Below, one piece after another: positions 45,705-55,399 of a stretch of DNA of 64,000 nt. Within the stretch, counting starts at the first letter, position 1, and the number at the start of each line of letters is the position of its first letter. A model generated the notes under the pieces. That model was given only the letters and a program-made list of their open reading frames with translations, did no database searches and was not told the origin of the DNA. Source of the stretch: an uncultured Gammaproteobacteria bacterium (GTDB lineage: Bacteria > Patescibacteriota > Microgenomatia > Daviesbacterales > UBA10151); the NCBI GenBank assembly GCA_964500725.1, contig CAZCNP010000005.1:6348-70347 (forward strand). Reading direction: 5' to 3'. The translations under genes and the position numbers were made by a program.

Positions 45705-46319
45705 CTAGTGGTAGTTTAGTTTAATTGGGCCTTTTAAAGGAGAGTTGGGAATTTCTACCTCAATTAGTTTTTGCTGCTGGTATAATCTGCCTGTAAAATC
45801 TGTTGAACCTTTATAATTTACAAAAAATAGTTTACATTCTCCACCAGCCTTACCCTTGATCTCTCCACCTTCTCCACCAGCATATTCAGCACGAAATTGA
45901 GATTGACAGGCTCCTTTGATACCTCCATTAAAACTTCCACCCTTTTTAGGAATTATAAATATATACTCTATCTTTTGCCCTAAATAGGAATATGTGCCCT
46001 TTGCGAATAGGTATTTTTCTTCATTCAAAGGCTGGGGAGTACTAGTAATAGCATTAGAACTTGGGCTTGGACTAACAGCAGGCTGTAATTGCTCTTTGAT
46101 TTCTTGGACGGTTTCTAAGACTTTAGAACTTGAAGCAGGTTTTTCTTCTATTTGAACTGGGCTAGCAGAGGTAGATCCTATTAAGGGTACAGACACACCA
46201 ATTGGGTTAATTGATCCAACAATAATCCCAGATGAGGCCAAGGTGCCCACTATTAGAACTTTTATACTATTTAAAAAGTCAATCATGTTCTGCATATTAT
46301 ACTCTTGTTTTAGCTTCAA
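45705..46319 (-). CDS. secreted protein with Ser/Pro-rich linker and Gly-rich C-terminal domain
   Basis: N-terminal anchor, SASPVQIEEKPASSS...SPSPSSN linker; 204 aa. Confidence 0.35.
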   Translation of the reverse strand: MKLKQEYNMQNMIDFLNSIKVLIVGTLASSGIIVGSINPIGVSVPLIGSTSASPVQIEEKPASSSKVLETVQEIKEQLQPAVSPSPSSNAITSTPQPLNEEKYLFAKGTYSYLGQKIEYIFIIPKKGGSFNGGIKGACQSQFRAEYAGGEGGEIKGKAGGECKLFFVNYKGSTDFTGRLYQQQKLIEVEIPNSPLKGPIKLNYH

Positions 46320-46339
46320 GTCAAACTATGGGATCTTTT

Positions 46340-47080
46340 TTACTGAATTTCGTAACTTAAAGTAACACTGATTGTTACCTCAGAGGAACCAGGCTCGACC
46401 TGGGTTGGAGCGCCACTGGCTTTATCTGCAGCTTCCATCATCAAAGGAACTGGCCTGATACCCCCAGCTTTATTTTCAGAATAGTTTATAATTCTTCCCA
46501 ACCTAAATCCAGCAATTTTAGCTGCCTCTTCTGCTTTCTTCTTAGCTTCTGAAACTGCTTTTTGCCTGGCTTCATTTTCTACTTTAGTTTTATCTTCTAT
46601 ATCAAAAGTAACTCCTGAAATTTGGTTTGCTCCATTTGCTGTGGCTGTGTCTATTACATTGTTAACAGTGTCTAAATTTCTAACTTTAATAAGTAAGGTA
46701 GTATTGGCACCATATCCAGTTATTCTTTGCTGACCTGATGTGTAATCATAATTGGGGTGAATATCATAATTTCTGGTTTGAATATCTTTAGAATCTACGC
46801 CTATCTCTTTTAATCCTGCTGAAACTCTGTTTATTGCAGAATTTATTTGATCTTGAACACCTTTTACTGTAGCTGCCTGAGCTGTTATTCCAGCATTAAT
46901 AGAGGCTATATCTGGACTTGTTAAAGCTTTACCTTCTCCAGTCACATCAAAAGTTGTAGATTTTGAGGTAGATACAGAGGAAACTGAAAAGGGGATAGGA
47001 CCAATTAGTTTTGTATAAACAAAAAGCAGAATAAAAAAGCTTAACAGCCAGGAAAATGGAGACAAAAATCTTGAATACAT
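46340..47080 (-). CDS. SIMPL/DUF541-domain periplasmic protein
   Basis: Signal/anchor then motif pattern (…DIQTRNYDIHPNYDY…GYGANTTLLIKVRNLD…) characteristic of the SIMPL (26-kDa periplasmic immunogenic protein) family; 246 aa. Confidence 0.65.
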   Translation of the reverse strand: MYSRFLSPFSWLLSFFILLFVYTKLIGPIPFSVSSVSTSKSTTFDVTGEGKALTSPDIASINAGITAQAATVKGVQDQINSAINRVSAGLKEIGVDSKDIQTRNYDIHPNYDYTSGQQRITGYGANTTLLIKVRNLDTVNNVIDTATANGANQISGVTFDIEDKTKVENEARQKAVSEAKKKAEEAAKIAGFRLGRIINYSENKAGGIRPVPLMMEAADKASGAPTQVEPGSSEVTISVTLSYEIQ

Positions 47081-47169
47081 TTATTATATCTTACCACAAA
47101 AAGATACATTCTATTTTCTTACCAAACATTTAAGCTTTTACTATTTTCTTTTTATACACTCGGGGTTCT

Positions 47170-47844
47170 ATGATACCCTTAAAAGATACCAACCGCATCC
47201 ATAAATTTCCAATCTGGACAATACTTATTATTTTTATCAATTTCTTTGTCTTTTATTTAGAACTAACCTCAGCTATTCCTGAACTGTTTATCCTGCAGTT
47301 TGCTTTAATTCCTTCCCAGGTTGATTTTGGAAACGTTCAAAGTTTGTTTCCCTTTGTTACCAGCCAGTTTCTACATGGAGGATTTTTGCATATTTTCTCC
47401 AATATGATTTTTTTGTGGGTATTTGGAAATAATGTGGAGGCAGCTTTCGGAAGAGTTTTTTATCCTATCTTCTATCTTTTATCAGGCGTTGCAGCTGGTT
47501 TAGCTCAATATGTTTTCATTCCTTACGATACTATTCCTATGCTGGGGGCCTCTGGAGCAGTAGCAGGGGTATTGGGGGCATACTTTGCCAGGTTTCCTTT
47601 CAATAGGATTAAGACTTTAGTTTTTATCTTTATTTTTATCACCATTATTGATATGCCAGCCTTTTTCCTGCTTATCTTTTGGTTTATTACCCAGCTTTTC
47701 TCTGGTGTAGCCTCTATGACCCTAAACCCAGCAGGAGTTGGAGGAATAGCATTTGCATCACATATTGGAGGATTTATCTTTGGCTGGCTGCTGGCTGTTT
47801 TTACCTTACCAAGAAGACACTTTATACAATTTAAATATATGTAA
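47170..47844 (+). CDS. rhomboid family intramembrane serine protease (copy 2)
   Basis: FLHGGFLHIFSNMIFLWVFGNNVE, GASGAVAGVLG, SHIGGF; 224 aa; paralog of 26957..27601. Confidence 0.85.
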   Translation: MIPLKDTNRIHKFPIWTILIIFINFFVFYLELTSAIPELFILQFALIPSQVDFGNVQSLFPFVTSQFLHGGFLHIFSNMIFLWVFGNNVEAAFGRVFYPIFYLLSGVAAGLAQYVFIPYDTIPMLGASGAVAGVLGAYFARFPFNRIKTLVFIFIFITIIDMPAFFLLIFWFITQLFSGVASMTLNPAGVGGIAFASHIGGFIFGWLLAVFTLPRRHFIQFKYM

Positions 47845-47933
47845 AAGCTTTATGAAAATTCTAGCAAGTCTTGCAAGCTTTCTAATTATGAAGAAGGGGA
47901 AGAAAAAGAATAACAAGAAGGAGGTGAGACAGA

Positions 47934-48203
47934 ATGGACCAAAATAAGGATAAAAGCAATAAAAGTATGAACCCAGTGATTGCTGGAGTAACAGGAGCAG
48001 TGATAGGCGCTGGCATTGCTGCTGCTGCCACTAAAGTCCTAACTGATGAAAAGATGAAACAGAAAATTAAAGACACAGTCTCAAAAGCAAAAGATAAAGC
48101 AACAGCTTATGCTCATACCATTAGGATGGAAGCAAAAAGAGCAAGAAAAGAAGTAGCTGGCCAAATGAGAAAGGGCAGGCAAGCTTTAAAAAGAACCTCT
48201 TAA
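47934..48203 (+). CDS. YtxH-like general stress protein (copy 2)
   Basis: IAGVTGAVIGAGIAAAATKVL Gly-zipper then K/E-rich helix; paralog of 8032..8304. Confidence 0.55.
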   Translation: MDQNKDKSNKSMNPVIAGVTGAVIGAGIAAAATKVLTDEKMKQKIKDTVSKAKDKATAYAHTIRMEAKRARKEVAGQMRKGRQALKRTS

Positions 48204-48224
48204 GGAGCAGTCCTTTCAGCTTTT

Positions 48225-49139
48225 TTAATTGATTACCTGATTAAAAACCTGTAAGAATATTGAAGGAAAAAGTTTGACAGTATCCTCAATAGTGGAACGT
48301 TTTTTACAAACTTCTTTTAAAGCTGATATATCTTCTTCTGTGAGAGTTAATGTTTTGCTTGTTTTGGCATACATAATAGATTTTGAGTTGCTAACATGCC
48401 CGGCAATCCCTATGGCATGCCCCAATTCATGGGCAATGGTATGAATAAGCTCTGGTTTATCATTGTTAAAATAGATCTCAATTTTGTTTTCCGGGCCTTT
48501 ATAAATACCTTCTTCCGGCCTTTCTTCCAAGGCATTATTGAAAGTATTAATATTTTGATTTAACTCCCCAACTTGGGAATTATATTCATCTGCAGATAAA
48601 TTTAACTGCTTGGCTTGTACATTTAACCTGTCTTTTTCCTGCTGCAGGCTTTTTTGTCTTTGAATAATTTTTTCAAATTCCTCAGGAGAGGCTCCTCCTT
48701 TATTATTCCAATCTTGCACTTCCTTGTTTAAAGCAACTATTTTTTCATTTAAAGCAGCTGACTCCTGCTTAAATTGCTCAACTTGAGGCTTTAACGTTTG
48801 CTTGCCAGATTGAACAGTTTTCTCTATCTGGGTGATTCTATTTGTTAAATATTGTCTTTGATCATAAATTAGATTAATGCTTAAATCACCCTTAGGATCA
48901 TAAGCAAAGAGAGTTTTCCCCTCAAGTATATCCCAAATTTGGGAGGCATCAGAAATATCAGATAAAAAATCTTCTTTTGAAAGATTAAACCTGGGATCAA
49001 CAGTATCCACTCTATATAAAATAGGCTCATCACAGTAAGAATAGTAAAGAATTTTATCAAACAGGGAAGGTTGGATTAAATATACTCCTCCTAATAAAAT
49101 AACCAGTAATATTAAGGGCAGCAGTAAAACCTTTTTCAT
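48225..49139 (-). CDS. membrane-anchored coiled-coil protein with C-terminal matrixin-like zinc metalloprotease domain
   Basis: TIAHELGHAIGIAGH (HExxHxxGxxH) followed by Met-turn-like SIMYA; N-terminal TM; 304 aa. Confidence 0.55.
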   Translation of the reverse strand: MKKVLLLPLILLVILLGGVYLIQPSLFDKILYYSYCDEPILYRVDTVDPRFNLSKEDFLSDISDASQIWDILEGKTLFAYDPKGDLSINLIYDQRQYLTNRITQIEKTVQSGKQTLKPQVEQFKQESAALNEKIVALNKEVQDWNNKGGASPEEFEKIIQRQKSLQQEKDRLNVQAKQLNLSADEYNSQVGELNQNINTFNNALEERPEEGIYKGPENKIEIYFNNDKPELIHTIAHELGHAIGIAGHVSNSKSIMYAKTSKTLTLTEEDISALKEVCKKRSTIEDTVKLFPSIFLQVFNQVIN

Positions 49140-49219
49140 GAATTCCTTGCCAAAGATTTACCTAATCTTAAGCTAACTCTTATTATAATCTTTTACTATA
49201 CAATCGTAAATTTATTAAT

Positions 49220-49666
49220 ATGCCAGATCCGGCCGAAACTGAGTTTAAACCTTATACAGTTGATGCAGAGATAATCCCTTTGGCTGGACCAAATGTGGAA
49301 GTAATCACCACCGAGGTTAAAAAACAACATTTCTCTTATGGAGGAGGAATTAACAGCATGTTGTGGAGGGATAAATATAAAAGGTATGGTTTAGGAGCTC
49401 TGGCAGGTGTATTATTATTAACCTCACTGGCTGAATGCACTAAACCTATTACTGCTTTAACACAAACTGATTTGTCTGTTATCACCAATTCTCCAGTAGT
49501 GTATCCGCTCACCCAAGCAATAGAGAGTCCTTATGGGATTATAGCTATTACCGCTATTGGAGCAGTTGCTTTATTTGGTCATGTTTTTAAAGGCAGAGAA
49601 AGGTTTGCCAAAATAGAACAAAAGTACAGAGTTACCCCAATGGGACGAACACCTCCAGAAAGCTAG
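49220..49666 (+). CDS. hypothetical membrane protein
   Basis: 148 aa, two hydrophobic segments. Confidence 0.3.
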   Translation: MPDPAETEFKPYTVDAEIIPLAGPNVEVITTEVKKQHFSYGGGINSMLWRDKYKRYGLGALAGVLLLTSLAECTKPITALTQTDLSVITNSPVVYPLTQAIESPYGIIAITAIGAVALFGHVFKGRERFAKIEQKYRVTPMGRTPPES

Positions 49667-49691
49667 CCTTACTCTGTGTTAAAATTTCAGC

Positions 49692-50804
49692 ATGCTGATT
49701 ACCCTGACTAAATATAGCTACCAGTATTTTTTAAAACCTATTTTATTTCAGTTTGATCCTGAGGGAGTTCATGTTGTGATGACCTCTTTTGGAGAGTACT
49801 TAGGGGAACAAAAATGGGCTAAGAGTCTATTAAAAAAACAGCTGGTAAAAAATTACCCCAGCCTTTCCCAAACTTTGGCTGGAATTAAGTTTAACAGCCC
49901 CTTAGGGCTTTCTGCTGGATTTGATTACGATGCTAAACTGACCCAGATTTCTGGCAGTTTAGGTTTTGGCTTCCAAAGTGTTGGCACTATAACCAATAAT
50001 TCTTATGAAGGTAATTCAAAACCAAGATTAGGCAGGCTACCACAATCTAAATCCTTTATGGTAAATAAAGGCTTTAAAAATTTAGGGGCTGCTGCTATAG
50101 CTTCCAAGCTTACTGGTAAAACTTTTGATATTCCTATTGGTATTAGTATTGGCAGAACTAACTCTGCTGCTTTAAACCAACAAGAGAGTGTACAGGATAT
50201 AGTTAGGGCTTTTAAAGCATTTGAAAAAGCTGGAGTTCAAAATGCCTATTATGAATTAAATATCAGCTGCCCAAATTTAAAAGGAGCTGTTACATTTTAT
50301 ACTCCTTCAAAGCTTGACCAGCTGCTCAAGGAAGTAGATAAACTCAAACTTAAAAAACCTCTGTTTATCAAAATGCCAATTTCCTCGACTGATAAAGAAA
50401 TTCTTGCTATGTTAAAAATTATTGCCAATCACTGCCCAAAAGGTATAATTTTTGGCAATCTGCAAAAAGACAAATCTACTTTAGAACTGACAGAGAAAAA
50501 CAAGTTCTCTGTAGGATTTTACAGCGGTAAACCAACATTTTCCCGTTCCAACCACCTAATTTCTTTGGCTTATCAAAATTATAAAAACAGGTTTGTAATT
50601 ATTGGTAGTGGGGGAGTGTTTAGCGCTTTGGATGCTTATACTAAAATTAAGGCTGGAGCATCTCTTGTCCAACTTATTACAGGCATGATTTACCAAGGAC
50701 CCCAGCTTTTAGCAGAAATAAACCAAGGTTTAGAAAAAAAGCTAAAAGAGGATAATTATGCAAATATTTCCAAGGCTGTAGGCACAAAACTTGTTTCTTA
50801 CTGA
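49692..50804 (+). CDS. pyrD: dihydroorotate dehydrogenase (class 2-like)
   Basis: LGLSAGFDYDAKL, GFGFQSVGTIT, FMVNKGFKN, IIGSGGVFS motifs of DHODH TIM barrel; 370 aa. Confidence 0.85.
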   Translation: MLITLTKYSYQYFLKPILFQFDPEGVHVVMTSFGEYLGEQKWAKSLLKKQLVKNYPSLSQTLAGIKFNSPLGLSAGFDYDAKLTQISGSLGFGFQSVGTITNNSYEGNSKPRLGRLPQSKSFMVNKGFKNLGAAAIASKLTGKTFDIPIGISIGRTNSAALNQQESVQDIVRAFKAFEKAGVQNAYYELNISCPNLKGAVTFYTPSKLDQLLKEVDKLKLKKPLFIKMPISSTDKEILAMLKIIANHCPKGIIFGNLQKDKSTLELTEKNKFSVGFYSGKPTFSRSNHLISLAYQNYKNRFVIIGSGGVFSALDAYTKIKAGASLVQLITGMIYQGPQLLAEINQGLEKKLKEDNYANISKAVGTKLVSY

Positions 50805-50932
50805 CCCTTTACTAAAAGTTAACACCCCTATCTAAATACTCCTGTAAGATCTTCAGCATCAAGGAGGGAGCAGCCACAGGAGCTGAAACTGTTGTTGGAA
50901 GCACCTTAGGGGGTGCAGCAACTGGAGCAGTA

Positions 50933-51358
50933 TTGGGAGGACTTGCTGGATTAGCTGCAGCATTTGTTATTCCAGGACTGGGAGCCTTCTTTATTGGAGG
51001 GCCACTTGCTACAGCCTTAGGATTATCTGGGGCAGTAGCCACTACAGCCTCTGGAGCAGCCACAGGAGTAGTAGCAGGGGGAATAATAGGAGCCTTGACC
51101 TCTGTTTTTGGTTTAACCCAAGAAGAAGCCCAGGTTTATGAAGGCAGAATTAATGAAGGTGGTATTTTGCTGGCTGTCCCAGCAAGAACTGGAGAGGAAG
51201 AGGAAGTCAGAGGCATCATGGAAGATCTTAATGCTGATAATATAAGAATTATCGACAGCTCTGAGACTACCAGGGTTAGAGGCAGAAGAGAAACTGGTGA
51301 GTACCACCCTGCATATTTTAGCGAGGTCAGAAAAGGCAAAAGAAGCAAAAAAGCTTAG
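50933..51358 (+). CDS. DUF1269-like general stress membrane protein (Gly-zipper TM plus C-terminal domain). Start codon uncertain: TTG at 50933 or non-canonical upstream start.
   Basis: AGGIIGALTSVFGL...EAQVYEGRINEGGILLAV pattern. Reading frame open upstream to 50816 without ATG. Confidence 0.45.
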   Translation: MGGLAGLAAAFVIPGLGAFFIGGPLATALGLSGAVATTASGAATGVVAGGIIGALTSVFGLTQEEAQVYEGRINEGGILLAVPARTGEEEEVRGIMEDLNADNIRIIDSSETTRVRGRRETGEYHPAYFSEVRKGKRSKKA

Positions 51359-51400
51359 AGTGAAAGTAGGTAGTAAATATTGCTCCACTTTAAATATAAA

Positions 51401-51428
51401 AAGAGGCGGTATTTTATTACCGCCTCTT
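51401..51428. terminator. perfect 11-bp hairpin (AAGAGGCGGTA-ttttat-TACCGCCTCTT) between convergent/tandem genes. A-run on the 5' side (plus strand), T-rich on the 3' side when read on minus strand.
   Basis: Seen directly. Confidence 0.45.
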
Positions 51429-51540
51429 AACCTACAATTAGCGTATATGTCGATAGCTTATTTATATTATGAATTACCAATATCCAATTTATGTAAAAAT
51501 AACGTAAGAAAAAGGTAAGTAGTAAAAGCTTTGGATATGA

Positions 51541-51569
51541 TTGACATTCAAACCTATAGGTTTTATAAT
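51541..51569 (+). promoter_or_regulatory. consensus sigma70 promoter TTGACA-17-TATAAT; ATG of downstream gene 11 nt after the -10 (leaderless-type)
   Basis: ttgacattcaaacctataggttttataat seen directly; no ribosome-binding site before ATG 51581. Confidence 0.6.
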
Positions 51570-51580
51570 ACGACACAATT

Positions 51581-52195
51581 ATGAGTCTTGCGCATTTTGA
51601 GCAAAGGTTTCCTGCCAGTCCAGAAATTAGGGGCATTATCCAGAGAATCAAAGAAGTGAAACCCGCAGGTTCACCTGTATACACACTCTGTGGTGAACTG
51701 ATAGATGATACCTCAATTGAACTTAGAGGACTTTTGGAACCTTTTTCAGAGAGGCGAACAGCTTTACAACCAGGTGATCTACCCAGACTACCTTTGACGG
51801 ATGATATGAGAGAACGTATCTGTCTTGATTATGCAGCTATTGTTTTTGGCACTGCTGGACAAGCAGTTGAACAAACTTTAATAGATGGATTTTATGATGA
51901 TAAATGGTATTGTGCAGTTTATAATAAAGCTATCAATGGCACCATGCTTCCTCCACTTATTCCAGATCCAGCCCATAGACAGCAAGTTGATTTAGGAAAG
52001 CTGCTTCAACAAGTAAGCAGGGATAAAACTTTTTCTTCGTTTTTTGAATCAACTGCAGGATTTTATGCTTTACCAGGTTCTCTTTGTAGGTTTATTGAAT
52101 CAATAGGGATATTTCCTTTAATTTACGAGGGAATAATACCAGTTTATAAACCAAGGGCTGCTTACCTTACTCCTTCTACAAATGGCTCTAAATAA
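51581..52195 (+). CDS. hypothetical protein (orphan, higher GC)
   Basis: 204 aa; no motif recognised. Confidence 0.4.
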   Translation: MSLAHFEQRFPASPEIRGIIQRIKEVKPAGSPVYTLCGELIDDTSIELRGLLEPFSERRTALQPGDLPRLPLTDDMRERICLDYAAIVFGTAGQAVEQTLIDGFYDDKWYCAVYNKAINGTMLPPLIPDPAHRQQVDLGKLLQQVSRDKTFSSFFESTAGFYALPGSLCRFIESIGIFPLIYEGIIPVYKPRAAYLTPSTNGSK

Positions 52196-52889
52196 CTCTT
52201 AACAAGTAAAAGCTTTTAAGCGAGGGCTCAAATTTTTCTGTAGCATATCTAAGCATAGTTCTAGGCATAGATTTGTAGTGTCTACTTAAGAATTCTTTTT
52301 CAGTTTCTAGATCTTTATTACCAACCTCCCTTAGCATCCAACCAACAGCCTTTTGAATTAAATCATGTTTATCAGTAAGCAATATTTCAGCAATTTTTAA
52401 GGCATCTTCAAACTCTGAAGCTTTAATAAAAGCAAAAGTAGAGAGTACTGCAACTCTTTTTTCCCATAGATTTTTAGATTTTACTAGTTTATATAACAAA
52501 TCTCTTTTTTTACCTAATAAATAATCACCCAATAAATATGGAGCAGAACTGTCTACCAAATCCCAGTTATTAACAAATTTTAGGTTTTTAAGATAAAGTT
52601 GGATGATCTTTTCTGCAGCAGTAGCATCTGCTTTTACATACTGAAGTCTTAATATAAATAAGGCTATTAGCCTGTGTTCATGAATCTTACTCTGTAAAAG
52701 TTTTTCTACTTCCTGAAGTGATAAAGCTTTATATTTAGCAGCAAGTGACCTCTGAATAGGAAGAGTGATACCTAAAAAGATATCACCCTCTCCATACTCA
52801 CCCTTTTGAGTTTTAAAAAATCTACTTAAATTAGCAGATCTTTCTTTATCAGCTAACTTTTTTGTTTCTTGTAAAAGATTTTGTAACAT
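52188..52889 (-). CDS. DNA alkylation repair enzyme, AlkD/AlkC HEAT-like repeat family
   Basis: FFKTQKGEYGEGDIFLGITLPIQR and WDLVDSSAPYLLGDYL resemble AlkD-family motifs; 233 aa. Confidence 0.7.
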   Translation of the reverse strand: MLQNLLQETKKLADKERSANLSRFFKTQKGEYGEGDIFLGITLPIQRSLAAKYKALSLQEVEKLLQSKIHEHRLIALFILRLQYVKADATAAEKIIQLYLKNLKFVNNWDLVDSSAPYLLGDYLLGKKRDLLYKLVKSKNLWEKRVAVLSTFAFIKASEFEDALKIAEILLTDKHDLIQKAVGWMLREVGNKDLETEKEFLSRHYKSMPRTMLRYATEKFEPSLKSFYLLRVI

Positions 52890-53158
52890 AAGAGGCTAAA
52901 AAATACTAAACTTGAAAGCAAAGTAGCATATTCCATATAGTAATTGGATTCATTTCCAGTAGTAATATCATCCAAAGCTGCCCAATCTAAAATAAGAAAG
53001 ATAATAGCAATTACCCACAATAAAAGCTTTTGCATCATTTAAAGTATAACAAAAATAGTAGGACTAATTTGGGGGAATTGAGAAATAATTGCTGTAATGT
53101 TGTACAATATAAACCATAGGACTGTTTTCCTTCGAAAAATAAGTTTGAATTTCCCAAC

Positions 53159-55399
53159 ATGAAGCAGATTATCGCAACAATCTTGATAATTGTCCTGATC
53201 ATTAGTCTGATTGTTGCTGCTTTCACTATCAACCAGGTTGAAAATGAAAGCCAGAGACTCAAATCAGACCTCCAGCACCGTTCAACCTTGCTTGCAGAAA
53301 GCTTAAGGGAAACCATTGAGCCTAATTTTATAAATAAATCAGACGTCTATCTGCAGAATGTGCTGGAAAGGTTCACTACCAAAGAAAGATTGGCAGGACT
53401 AGGGGTATATGACAATAAAGGTAATATGATTGTTGCCTCATCTACAGTAACCGAAGCAACTTTATCCGCCCAGGAAGTAATTGCCAATACCATGGATGCT
53501 GATAAAGCAACCGGAGATTATATTACTTTAAACAATAGAAATATATACATGCTGGCCGTTCCTCTGCATGAAAATAAAAGTGTGGTGGGAGCAATGATGG
53601 TGATGCAAAATGCAAGCTATATAGATGACCGCTTAAATGAAATATGGAGAAATAACCTCTTAAGGCTGGCAATCCAGGCAGGACTGCTTTCTGTAGCAAT
53701 ATTGCTTTTGATTAGATGGCTTATCTACACACCAATAAAAAATCTGGTTGAGTCTTTAAAAACTGCAAGAGCAGGAGGCAGTACGCTAAATTCTAAAAGA
53801 ACAACCAACTCATTATTCTTCCGTCCGCTTGTCAATGAAATTACTAATATTAGAAGAAGTCTGCAAGAGGCCCGTTCCACAGCAAGCGAGGAAGCAAGAC
53901 TCAGGCTAGATGAAATTAATTCCCCATGGACAGCTGAAAGGCTAAAGGAATTTATCAAGGATATTTTAAAAGATAGAACTATTTTTATGGTTTCAAACCG
54001 TGAACCTTATATTCATACCAAAGATGGAGGAAAAATCAATTATTACATGCCTGCAAGCGGACCTATAACAGCAATTGAACCTGTAATGCAGGCTTGCGGT
54101 GGAGTCTGGATAGCCAATGGAAGCGGGGATGCGGACAAGCTGGTTGTTGACAAGTACGACAAGATTAAGGTTCCGCCGGAAGAGCCAAAATACACCCTCA
54201 AACGTATCTGGCTAAGTGAGGAAGAAGAATCAGGATATTACTTTGGCTTTTCAAATGAGGGATTATGGCCGCTTTGCCATATCGCTCATAACCGGCCGAC
54301 CTTTAAAAAAGAAGACTGGGACCAATACCAAAAAGTTAATCAAAAATTTGCTGATACTATCGTTGCTGAAATAAAAAATCAAGAAAGACCAATTGTTTTA
54401 GTACAAGATTATCAGCTTGCTTTAGTTCCTAAAATGATTAAGGCGCAAAAACCAAGCGCAGTAGTAGGCCTTTTTTGGCATATTCCTTGGCCCAATCCTG
54501 AATCCTTCAGTATATGTCCTTGGAAAAAAGAAATTCTTGAAGGGATGTTAGGAGCAGACCTAATAGGCTTTCATACCCAGCTTTACTGCAATAACTTTAT
54601 TGAAACAGTAAGCCGGGAACTTGAGTCTTTGATTGACTTTGAGCGGTTTACAATTACCCGAAACAATCATGAATCCTCAATCAAACCTTTCCCAATCAGT
54701 ATTGCATTTTCAAACGTCAATGGTTTGGATCAGGAAACAATGGAAAAGAACAAACAGGAATCAGACAATCTAATCAAAAGCTTGGGCATTAAAACAAAAT
54801 ATATCGGACTCGGAGTAGATAGGCTTGATTACATCAAAGGAATCCCAGAGCGTTTAAAGGCAATTGAGATCTTTCTAATAAAAAATCCTAAATATAAAAC
54901 CAATTTTACCTTCATTCAGATTTCACCTCCTTCAAGAACTAAGATAAAAAAGATGAGGGAGCTGGCAGAAGAAGTAGAGAAGGAAGTTGAACGGATAAAT
55001 GCTGCATTTAAAATAGGCAACTGGAGACCTATTGTATTTTTGAAAAAACACCATGATCATAAAGAGCTTCAGAAGTTTTATTCAGCCGCTGATTTCTGCC
55101 TAGTTACATCTGTACATGACGGGATGAATCTGGTAGCAAAAGAATATGCAGCAGCCAGATATGATGAAAGAGGAGTTTTAGTGCTTAGCCAATACACAGG
55201 CGCCTCACGGGAACTTAAGGAAGCGTTGATTGTAAACCCTTATAATGCAGAACAAACAGCAGATGCTATACGGGAGGCTTTGGAAATGACTCCAAAAGAA
55301 CAGGCAAAAAGAATGAAGGAAATGAGAGAAACTATTAAAAATAACAATGTTTACAGATGGTCTGCAGAACTGCTAAGGACAATTGTGAATTTAGGATGA
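53159..55399 (+). CDS. otsA: trehalose-6-phosphate synthase (GT20) fused to an N-terminal membrane-anchored sensor-like module (TM - ~140-aa extracytoplasmic domain - TM - HAMP-like linker)
   Basis: C-terminal 470 aa carry GT20 motifs (GGVWIANGSGDA, LWPLCHIAHNRP, LVQDYQLALVP, VGLFWHIPWPNPE, HDGMNLVAKEY). N-terminal 270 aa have two TM helices (res 5-23, ~165-190). Confidence 0.8.
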   Translation: MKQIIATILIIVLIISLIVAAFTINQVENESQRLKSDLQHRSTLLAESLRETIEPNFINKSDVYLQNVLERFTTKERLAGLGVYDNKGNMIVASSTVTEATLSAQEVIANTMDADKATGDYITLNNRNIYMLAVPLHENKSVVGAMMVMQNASYIDDRLNEIWRNNLLRLAIQAGLLSVAILLLIRWLIYTPIKNLVESLKTARAGGSTLNSKRTTNSLFFRPLVNEITNIRRSLQEARSTASEEARLRLDEINSPWTAERLKEFIKDILKDRTIFMVSNREPYIHTKDGGKINYYMPASGPITAIEPVMQACGGVWIANGSGDADKLVVDKYDKIKVPPEEPKYTLKRIWLSEEEESGYYFGFSNEGLWPLCHIAHNRPTFKKEDWDQYQKVNQKFADTIVAEIKNQERPIVLVQDYQLALVPKMIKAQKPSAVVGLFWHIPWPNPESFSICPWKKEILEGMLGADLIGFHTQLYCNNFIETVSRELESLIDFERFTITRNNHESSIKPFPISIAFSNVNGLDQETMEKNKQESDNLIKSLGIKTKYIGLGVDRLDYIKGIPERLKAIEIFLIKNPKYKTNFTFIQISPPSRTKIKKMRELAEEVEKEVERINAAFKIGNWRPIVFLKKHHDHKELQKFYSAADFCLVTSVHDGMNLVAKEYAAARYDERGVLVLSQYTGASRELKEALIVNPYNAEQTADAIREALEMTPKEQAKRMKEMRETIKNNNVYRWSAELLRTIVNLG

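Noticed and set aside
47882-48076. Minus-strand 64-aa ORF
   Set aside because: Antisense shadow of YtxH-like copy 2 (poly-Ala/Leu translation of the Gly-zipper region).
50812-51063. Minus-strand ORF (83 aa, Ala/Pro-rich)
   Set aside because: Low-complexity antisense shadow of the Gly/Ala-rich plus-strand DUF1269-like gene.
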